Virus record (IMG/VR): IMGVR_UViG_3300049844_000277
Coordinates: 36,520-100,519 of that record
Length of the DNA: 64,000 bases
DNA from: a virus
Reading direction: 5' to 3' (one strand)
The position numbers and the translations under genes are program-made. Numbering within the stretch: position 1 is the first letter of the stretch; every line of letters begins with the position of its first letter. Shown in pieces: positions 9,086 through 18,300 of this stretch. The notes beneath the pieces were generated by a model. That model worked only from the letters and a program-made list of their open reading frames with translations. It made no database searches and was not told where the DNA came from.

Positions 9086-10885
9086 TTAGTAACGCCCTTC
9101 CGGACCCATCCCAAATTCAGCCCCATAAGCATAGGCGGGTACCGGATGCGTACTGTGTAAATCAGACGCAGCGCCGGTTCGTGCCCCCTGCAGAAGGGAA
9201 TCCTTTAGATATCGGTGAGCCAAGCGCGCCATCCAGTCAGGATGTAGCAGTGGATTACGTGCCATCGGACGCATCAAAAATTCTACCCGAGGTAATGTAG
9301 TGGCGACAGATACTTCCGAAATTTTATGCTCATTCAATTTCTGTATAACTGATGGTGTTAACGGAGTTCCGGCGGTGAAGTGAAGAACTTCTTTACCGAG
9401 TACACCACCCTCCGCCTGCTTCAACGGAACAGATTTACTGTGCCGTGCTGCGGCATCTCTATACGTTGAGTAAGGAATAACCTCGCCCTTTACCAACGTA
9501 GGATGCTCATCAGTATGCTCGAGAACTTTGACGTGGTTGAGGTCCGCGCGGGCAACCAACTCAAGGTGCCGCTTGTCGACATTGAGTCCTTGTCCATGAT
9601 AGATGTCGTGCAATGTGTCCACGAGGTACTGTCGTCCGACACCAAAGCCCTTGTGATGAATGAGCTCGTCTGGTTTCGGAATTCCTTCTGATAAGACATC
9701 CCCCGCCTCTACTTTCTGTCCCACATGAACTAAGATTTTTAAGTTTGGTCCGGCGTAATGTTGTAAAGCATCAACATGCACGTATGTTCCACCGTGCGGA
9801 GCTGGGATTATTTTTGTAATAGTACCTGCGTGCTCTGCTAGCGGTGCTTTATTAATGAAGGTCTGGGGGATTTCCAAAAGCTGACGGATACCAGACATCC
9901 CCTCTAACTTGGGGGATGTACCTTTGAGTAACCGCATACCGTGCTTAGCGCCGAGCGCCATTTGAGTCAACGGTTCGGAGATAGACTGGGCGGCACGGAC
10001 TCCGACGTTAACACCGATAGCGTGCGGACGTCCTCGCTCATCTAGACCCTGGCACTTACGACAGACGCCATCCTTGGTGACGCAGGTCATTGGTGAACGC
10101 ACGTACACTGTACTGACCTTTGCCTGAAGCTTAGACGCCACTTCTTTTGTAACTAAATCATTCCGATGAAATCCAGCCTGGTCTCGAGATAAATAGCGGT
10201 CAACAATATTTCCATCGGAACTATTCATTGCGAGACCGTTATCAGTTCCGCAATCGTCCTGGGTAATAACCAGCGGATACATATTGTTGGTCATCACCTT
10301 AGACATATCGCCAGGCTCTGCGATGGCCGTATAGGTTTGTACGATGTTATGTCGCGCTTCGTTTCCTGCGGCCCAATGGTCAGCAGCGGACAACCCTTCG
10401 GCGTAGGACTTACTGATTAGCCAGGGATTTATCTCCCCTTTGCTTGTCGTAGTCGCAACCGGGGACGCAATGGTTTTCATCAGCTGCGGAATATTGCCGC
10501 GCGCACCCGACAATGCCATCGAGGTCATAGAACCTGGATGCTTTTTGGTGTGCTCAAGCATCTTCTTTTGTACATCTAAAATAATCTTCTCTTTGGCGTC
10601 TCTATTGTCCGCGTTTTTAATTGCGGCGACAGCGGGCTGCATGATGCTGTCGCGTTCTTTGTACTCCGGCGTAATGTCATCCAACCCTACAGAGACACCT
10701 TCAAGCGTAGAGATGTCGTCCCCTAAGGTTTTTAGCTTAGAGACAATTTCTACGTATTCGGCAGGATCTTCCTTGGCCAAGTCCAACATTTTCTGTTGGA
10801 ACTCTTTTTTATTTAGTGTGCCCGTAATGTGATGCTTCCCGGGCAGCAGGCTATTGACCAGAAACCTACCTAACGGCTGAGCCAT
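9086..10885 (-). CDS. rpoC: DNA-directed RNA polymerase beta' subunit, C-terminal half
   Basis: Motifs colinear with bacterial beta': GVSVGLDDI, SGARGNIPQLMKT, GLSAADHWAAGNEARHNIVQTYTAIAEPGDMSKV (bridge-helix region), GVNVGVRAAQSISEPLTQMALGAKHG (trigger-loop region). It continues where the 2836-aa ORF stops. Confidence 0.85.
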   Translation of the reverse strand: MAQPLGRFLVNSLLPGKHHITGTLNKKEFQQKMLDLAKEDPAEYVEIVSKLKTLGDDISTLEGVSVGLDDITPEYKERDSIMQPAVAAIKNADNRDAKEKIILDVQKKMLEHTKKHPGSMTSMALSGARGNIPQLMKTIASPVATTTSKGEINPWLISKSYAEGLSAADHWAAGNEARHNIVQTYTAIAEPGDMSKVMTNNMYPLVITQDDCGTDNGLAMNSSDGNIVDRYLSRDQAGFHRNDLVTKEVASKLQAKVSTVYVRSPMTCVTKDGVCRKCQGLDERGRPHAIGVNVGVRAAQSISEPLTQMALGAKHGMRLLKGTSPKLEGMSGIRQLLEIPQTFINKAPLAEHAGTITKIIPAPHGGTYVHVDALQHYAGPNLKILVHVGQKVEAGDVLSEGIPKPDELIHHKGFGVGRQYLVDTLHDIYHGQGLNVDKRHLELVARADLNHVKVLEHTDEHPTLVKGEVIPYSTYRDAAARHSKSVPLKQAEGGVLGKEVLHFTAGTPLTPSVIQKLNEHKISEVSVATTLPRVEFLMRPMARNPLLHPDWMARLAHRYLKDSLLQGARTGAASDLHSTHPVPAYAYGAEFGMGPEGRY

Positions 10886-10891
10886 GGGAAT

Positions 10892-11308
10892 CTATCTCGC
10901 CCCGTATGGGTCATTAGGAGGCGGAGGTTGTTGAGGTTGAGACGGTGTCATGGCCTGCTGTATGCCCATCATAGCTAGGGGAATAGACGCTTGAATCGCC
11001 ATATCCCGCCCAAAACTTTTTAAACCTGATTTCCAACCACCTGGCTCTTGGGCTGGCGTTGCGGGGACCTCAGGTGTCTTTGGTACAGTGTCCGCAGACG
11101 TCACTGCCGGATTGGCGGTACCACCAAAAATAGGCGGCTTGCCTGCTGGCTGCTGTACCGGCGCTGCTGGCGATGTCTTCGGCGTAACAGGTTTGCCCTT
11201 CTGACCCTTCGCGAAGCGCAGCATCTGAACGGGCGCAGGCGCAGCCGTTTTCGTAAACGTCATCCACGCATCAGTAGTTCCCACAGAATAAAAGATATCG
11301 GCAATCAT
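10892..11308 (-). CDS. Proline-rich hypothetical protein
   Basis: ORF of 138 aa that is Pro/Ala-rich throughout. No motif recognised. Confidence 0.4.
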   Translation of the reverse strand: MIADIFYSVGTTDAWMTFTKTAAPAPVQMLRFAKGQKGKPVTPKTSPAAPVQQPAGKPPIFGGTANPAVTSADTVPKTPEVPATPAQEPGGWKSGLKSFGRDMAIQASIPLAMMGIQQAMTPSQPQQPPPPNDPYGAR

Positions 11309-11664
11309 ATCGCAGCTCCGTCCCGACCAATGCCGGAGTAATCATACGTAGGCGAGCCGCCGCTCCAAGGACTTGATACTCCGCCCCATCGTACGGGGTT
11401 CCCAAAACGCTCGCGACGTTTATCACGCTCAGGGGAAATCCCCGGGTCCATGTCCGTAAGATGCTTAGCTAACCGCTCCGCGGCTACGTTCATATCCCCG
11501 TGCGGAATAGCATGCTGCATGGCATGAGCGGCGGTTCTCACGCCGAAATCTTCTTCTGCGCGAATTCTACCTTCAGCGTAAGCTAAATTCGTCATACGAA
11601 AACCTAGGCTACTCTCGCCCACTACGCAATCGATTAGGTGTAACAGCGTTCTCTTTCCAACCAA
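11305..11664 (-). CDS. Hypothetical protein (start uncertain)
   Basis: The track ORF starts at TTG. An internal ATG at 11595 (MTNLAYAEG...) is an alternative. A ~52-codon GTG ORF (from 11767) in another frame overlaps the 5' end. Confidence 0.35.
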   Translation of the reverse strand: MVGKRTLLHLIDCVVGESSLGFRMTNLAYAEGRIRAEEDFGVRTAAHAMQHAIPHGDMNVAAERLAKHLTDMDPGISPERDKRRERFGNPVRWGGVSSPWSGGSPTYDYSGIGRDGAAI

Positions 11665-11750
11665 CTAAAGCTTCGCGCTTTTTAACGGCATCCTTTAGTT
11701 TCTGCGCTAATTCTTCAGCGGCGATGCGCTGTCCTTCCTCGTAAGCGTAC

Positions 11751-12380
11751 TTAAGTACCGGCTCCACGGGAACCTCCTTCACAGAACATCATTCGCCGTA
11801 GGTCATCAGCATGCTGCTGGTCAGTAAGGACCATTTGCTCCAGCATGACCTTAAGCGACAAATTATCTCCGGCCATGTCTGACAGATGTCGTAACTCTTC
11901 AATCAATTGCTTCTCAGTTTGTAGAAGAGTCATGAAAATCTGGTGGAGGTCACTCATGTTCGGGATGACACCTACCTTAGGAATAGGTTCTCCGCCTAAC
12001 GCCGTAATCTTCATTGCGAGATGGTAGGCGTCCATCCGCTCTTCTTTGATGTGCTCTTTAAAGTGGTCGTAGATAACATCTCTAAAGTGCGCACGAATAC
12101 GATCGCCATAATTCATATACATGAAGATGATGGTATATTTGTAGCGCAGCAACTTATTACACTGAGCCACTACCTTATCCTGGGCAACCGCGAAGAATCC
12201 TTCCTCGGCCGATACAGCAAGAGGATGAGCACCAGCAGATGCTGTGGCAAGCGGAGGCATGGCGAACATCTCCTCCGTGTGCGGGGATGACTCCATTGTG
12301 TCCGCCATTGGACTGCTAGGAACTGGAAGACTCGAGCCACTCTCAGCCATGGAAGTACCCACTTTGTAGCGCTGCGTCAT
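11751..12380 (-). CDS. Dps/ferritin-like four-helix-bundle protein with ~70-aa N-terminal extension
   Basis: ...YMNYGDRIRAHFRDVIYDHFKEHIKEERMDAYHLAMKITALGGEPIP... and ...LLQTEKQLIEELRHLSDMAGDNLSLKVMLEQMVLTDQQHADDL... follow the Dps pattern (F..lH..f.e....d.iAERi.aLGG.P ... gD..t...l). Confidence 0.55.
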   Translation of the reverse strand: MTQRYKVGTSMAESGSSLPVPSSPMADTMESSPHTEEMFAMPPLATASAGAHPLAVSAEEGFFAVAQDKVVAQCNKLLRYKYTIIFMYMNYGDRIRAHFRDVIYDHFKEHIKEERMDAYHLAMKITALGGEPIPKVGVIPNMSDLHQIFMTLLQTEKQLIEELRHLSDMAGDNLSLKVMLEQMVLTDQQHADDLRRMMFCEGGSRGAGT

Positions 12381-15300
12381 GTACCCACCTCAACTCGAGT
12401 ATTGAGCGTAATCTCCCCGCGCTTATAGGCGGCGAGAGCTTCTTCTCTATTTTTGAAATGGCGTACTTTATCGTTCGCGGAACTCTCGGCTTTGGACGCC
12501 AAATGTACCCCAAGCATAGCTTCCATTCGTGGCGCTACCATCAAGCTATCTTTTTCACGGTCCGAGAATAGAAGGTTTGAGAGAGTCATCCCCTTCACTT
12601 CATCTATCGCGGGCTTCAGTACGGGAACGTGGATTTGGAATGTGTCCCAAACTACGAGGCCGTCGTTGACCGCGAAAATTTGTGTGTCAGGAACAATAAG
12701 GTCATAGACGGTTTCTTTTCTTAATACCTCGACCGACTCTACTAGATCCCAGGTAATTCCAACGTTCTCAACGATCCTTGCCCAAGCATCGACATCTGGT
12801 GTTTTGGCCGTCCGGAAAAAATGCAACATACGCCGAGCGTTTTGCCTCGTAACGTATGGAGCCTCTTTTCGTTTAGATCGTAGCGTAGCCAATGATGCGC
12901 AGAACGAACTATCTTCCGCGCACGGACCAGTACGGCTGGAGGCGAGGGTCATTAGATTTTTAGGAACAGGAACAATATCCACCTGATCCACAAGTTCATC
13001 AGCTTCTAGGAGGTTCAAAGCCTCCAAAGATTTAGAGTTGTTCCAAATTCCTCTACGAAGCCAGGACACGTTACGCTGGAGGTCTACGGTACTAATAGGT
13101 ATCGTATAAGCTACAGCTTTTTGGAGACGTCCCTCCTTCGGATATGCTTCGCTCACAGAACACCGGACGCCGATAGTTTGTAACAAAAAACGTAATGAAG
13201 CTGCTAACGCAGCAGACGACGTGTGAAGGGCGGCCATCACTTGAAGTTTTGCCTTACCGGCGCTGACAGTGAGTGTACCGTCACCGTTCAACATTCCGAT
13301 GAGCACACCCCACCGAGCCTCCTCAGACCAGTCCCCAAACGCTGGCACGCGTTTCGAGAGACAAGAGCGTCCGGGTACCCTCTCATCTAAGTAACAAGTC
13401 TTGAACAGCTCAACGCACTTCTGCGCACCACTAAAGTGGTCTTTGATACTTTGTCCTGTTATTCCGTTAGATGCGTCGTGTACCTCACGATACGTATTTC
13501 GCTTAATGAGCTTACCCTCAAACGCATTCACCGCGGCAGCAAAGCGTTCACGGTGCACGTCACTAACTTTCGTGTACCCGAAATAATGATCGGTTTCACC
13601 CAGTAAGAAACCGTCGGACAAGAATGCGCCGACCATCCATCCAAACTCAAAATCCCCCTGTGACCCCGTTAACGGTAAATGCCGCACAACCGGAGCTAAC
13701 TTTCCAACGGAATCCGAGGGCGCTGTTGCTTCGATCTGACCTGTTTCATGGTTATAAATACACAACGACTCATTCGTCGACGCCGTAACGCTTAAACCAC
13801 GACGCATTTCTACTTTCGCCACTTCGCATCCGTCTTCAATCGTAAGTCCTGTCACCGGGGACATTACTGATTTACTTGCGGAGTGGTCGTAAGAAAGAAC
13901 GCGAAAACCCTCCGGAACGGCGTAACTGCGAGCACCATTCTTGTCGATACTATAGGGCTCCTCAGCGTGTGGAATCTCTTGAAGCTCCGCTTCCACCAGC
14001 GCCTGTACCGCTGAGGTCCAACAAACACGAGTCTCTGCCGCGAATTTCATGGCTGTCTCCTTGGCTTCATCGCCAAGGAGCGCTTTACAAGCCGCACCTT
14101 CTGCTGTCAACACAACTTTCGTCGAACCCAAGAAACAGTTTCCATCGTAATCCGCATTGAAGCCAAGCTCTGCGAACGGATTTACGCGAATCGTCTTCCC
14201 CGCAACAGGGACGGCGTGAGCGCCAATAAACCCGTACCGGTGGAGAGTCGGAGCGCGATTCACCATCACCGGACGCTCCTTAATCTCCGCCATCAACGCG
14301 TCGTGCGCTGCCGGATGTTTCTTTTCCAACATCTCTTTCGCTTGAATGGCTCCGAAGCCGCGACGGATAAGGCGTGAGATAATAAACTTCCCGTACATGC
14401 CCCAAAGCATGTCTATCGGAATACCTATCTCATCCATGCTCAGAGAGCCGTCTGGAGCTATGGTTCCGCGGCCGGAGATATCTTGCTGCCGCTTCATTAT
14501 TCGTTTTTGGAAAAAGGAACTGTTCCCCGATACGGAAGGTTTACCGTTACGGCGAACAACTACAGTACCATTAGGGACTGTCACACAATACACGGTTCCT
14601 TTGTACGGGTACGCCTCGGTAAAAGAGCCCGACTCAATGGTGACATCAGAAAACCCCCGCACAGAAAAAAGATAATGCGGGAGATGGTGATCCTTAACTG
14701 GCGGACAAATTCCTCTAAAAATAACTTGGTAACCTATTTTTGCAGCGAGATGCTGTAGGTCATCAATTAATTGTAAACTAGCGGTACCGGCGTGAGCACT
14801 CAGCGGTTTACGCCGATAATGGGTTTTCGGGTTTTTCACGTTCTTCGCTAACGAAGGGTGAAGGGTTCCATCTCCACGCAGATATCCGCGCAATAATCCC
14901 TCTAACATAGCAGAAGGCCACGCTAAAATATCTGAAGATAAGTGTTTACTCTCGCACCCACGCCCGCAATGATGCGTTAACCAATCCGCCAGTGAGCGTA
15001 ACCTAATAGTCCACCAGATTACCTGGTATCCATCTTTACGCGTATATGTTTTGCGTACAAAGGGAATATCCAATTTTTTAAAGCACAAATCCACCGCGCG
15101 AACGTGTGGAGACGTTGCGGCTTGACACAAAGAAACCTGGGTTCCTGTTGTGGAAATCCAACCTTCCGCAATCCACCAACCTACAAACTCCGCAAAGGCC
15201 AAAGGATCTGGAGTAAATGTTCCTACTAAATTAGCCGTACGCCGTTTTTTGTTATCCGTAGAAACTTCACACGTATCTCCCGCGAAAACCAACTCCGGAA

Positions 15301-18300
15301 AAGTACCCTCCCACTCCTCAGCGCTAACCATTACCCTCCGGCGGTCCGTGCCTATAAAAGTATCCGCGCGTACCTTTTCCCACGGAGTCCAGACATAGAG
15401 CGCCTTACCGTTACTTACGCGCTTACGGCGATACGAGACTACATGTTCGTGGTTAGGTGTTACACATAAATCAAGTTCACGGCTGCGCGTATGTATCAGA
15501 TCTCCGTCGAACGGCATGGATACTAACGCGGTCGGCTTCTGCCATTCAAATTCCCGGGTGTCTAAGTTAACCGTAGCGACACGAGTTTTTCCGGTGTACT
15601 TAGAAAAACGAACCCACCCTTTTTCTGTAAGAATATCTGTTTGATCATCGTAACATTTTGGCGTAGTTTTCCCGGTAATATGCTCGAGAAATCCCTTTAC
15701 GTTTCTCTTTTGGAGTTTGGGGTTATCTGATTCGTGCGTACCAATCACGGCGCCTACCGCGTGAAACAAGTTCTGACGAAGCTTCGCTTGTTCATCCGGC
15801 GGAAGAATTGGAGATTCAATTTGCTTCCGTAATGACTGATTATGAAGGATAGCGCTTTGGTACAGGTAGTTCGAATCACCTACTACGAGCTCAGAGCCAC
15901 TCTTCCCCGGAAGAATGGGTCGCATTATTGGAGGAAGAACAGGCAACTTGGATAGGACGTACGCATCTCCCGGCTTGAGCTCCTGCCGATTCAGCGCCTC
16001 AAGGAACTTCAACTGCTTTACTGCGTCATCTAGCTTCGTACCGGAGAGCGACTTAATAGAGTTACGGAGCTCCGCGATACGCGCCTTAACGTCGATAGCG
16101 TTAAGCTTTTTCTTTACCGCAGCGCCACCATTCGTATGGTGATACTGGTCAAAATCTTTCGCGGTCATCCCCAGCAAGCGACGGGCAGGGTCGGCGAATA
16201 CAGGATTTACAACGGGCTCGGCGAGCTCAATGTGGCTCCACCGTGTTCCAGTGGTACCGCCAGTAACCGCGGGGTCAAACAATCCCCCACGTTCAGCGGC
16301 CAAATCTTTAGCGCGTACTAACTTCTCATTTTGTACTTCGCCAGATGACATCCGTAGAATGTCTTTATCGGTAAGCGGAGAGAGCGTGCTGATACTTCCA
16401 CGCGAATCAACTTTGACCCCTGCGCCATGCAGCATACCGATGAACTTGTCATAAACGAACGACGACTTGAGTGGAGGGAGAGGCAGTCCCAGCTGAATCG
16501 CCCGCCAGAACTCATCGTTCTTCTGGCTCTTAATAGCCGCCGTCTCTCGAAGCACGTTCCGCGCATTATGTGCAACGAGGGCATTGAACTCCATTTTACC
16601 GACGGCTTTCGCGCCTTCGTCACCGCCCTTAATTGGCTGCTGATTAACGTCGTACGCACCCGTACCGCGCGCGGCGTAGTTGGTCTCCGTGGTCTTAAAC
16701 AAGCGAAGTACGTATTGCGGCCCAACCAGGATTCCCGGAATCTTTTTACCCGACACAGGGTCTATCAGCGTTTCCTTGTCCTTGACCTTGTGCTCCTTCA
16801 GTAAATCCTTTGCCCACTGTACGTTGTCACGCCCTGAAAAGTTTTCAACGACAATAGGTTTACCGATTTTCTTGGCAACCTTAGCGACACACGTCTCTAG
16901 TATTTGCGACGGATTGATTCGGGAAATTACGCCAGCCGAGGTATACAAAACCTCAATCGGCTTACCCGTCTCATCTTGAAGCATCTTGTGATCGGGAACA
17001 ATAAGGGAAACAACGCCCTTGTTTCCGTGGCGTCCTGTGTTTCCGCACCATACTGATTTACCATTTCTGCGAACATACAAAACATGTCCAGGAACAGTTA
17101 CACAGTAAACTGGTGATTTGTACGAATCTACAAAACATTCCACCTGACCCTTCTGTCGTTTGATATGTCCATGATTCACAGTAGGTGTTAATTTCGAATT
17201 AATAATTCGTACCTGCCAATAATCACGACACCAAAAATCTTTACCTTTGATTGTTTGATACCCTTCAGCTTTCGCTAACGACACATTAGCAGCTTTACCA
17301 ATATGTAGTGCGAGACGCTGAACATCATCCGCCAAACGTTTGGATGTTGTTTTGTAGCATATCGGTTGGCCATTTTTAGTATGACCGTCACCCCACATCA
17401 ACCAGTTGAATAGCGTCTCTTGATCCGCTCGAGACCAAGCGAACACCTCAAGCGGGATAAATTTCTCGTAAGACTTACCGAACTGTTTAAAGTACTGCCA
17501 ATATTGCTTGGAATGAATACGAACCTTATCACCTGTGTCCGTGAATAAAATCCCTTCCTCACGAAGAAACTTTTCTAACTGTTTTCGATTTGGCTGATTA
17601 ATTTGCGTAATCTCTATGCCGTAAGTACCGGATTCTTCAATCGTAATGAGATTACCTTCAGATAAAAACGCACCGAGAAGAGCGGCTAAGGTTTTAGTCG
17701 GAAGCGCTTTATCATCTAAAACACGTAAACCCCGGCCCCCTTGTCCCGCGCGCACAGTTATCGAGTCAAATACAAACGACTCAGGAGAGTGCCCCACCCA
17801 AATCCCATCCTTCTTATAACTGACCCTTTTTCCTGCGATTTCATACGCCGGTAAAAGTTGGAAAGATTTCTCGTTGCGCGGTTGAACGTACATATGATGT
17901 CCGTCGGTCACAAACAAATCTACCTGTTGTGATTCGATGCGGTACATCCGTCCGCCTTCTGGATACGAATGAATTGCGTCGGGCTCTAGGTACTCGATAT
18001 TTTCGCCATTCTGTAACGTACAAATCTTATCCGTAATACGTACATCCGCTATCGGTTTCCACCCTTCCCACGTGAGAACCTCAGTCTCTGCATCATAACA
18101 GAGCTTGTCTCCGACGCGCATCGGCTCACGGGTCTTAACCGTTACAACGACACGCTTGTCCGTCACATAAACATCCATGACTTCACCTTCGAAGTCGTGG
18201 TCCCACGTACGAACAAGTTCCCGATACGGCGTAACTAACGTCTTCTTTAGGTTACCGAGAAGCGCATCAGACGCCGAAAGTTTACCTCGTGTGACTCCAG

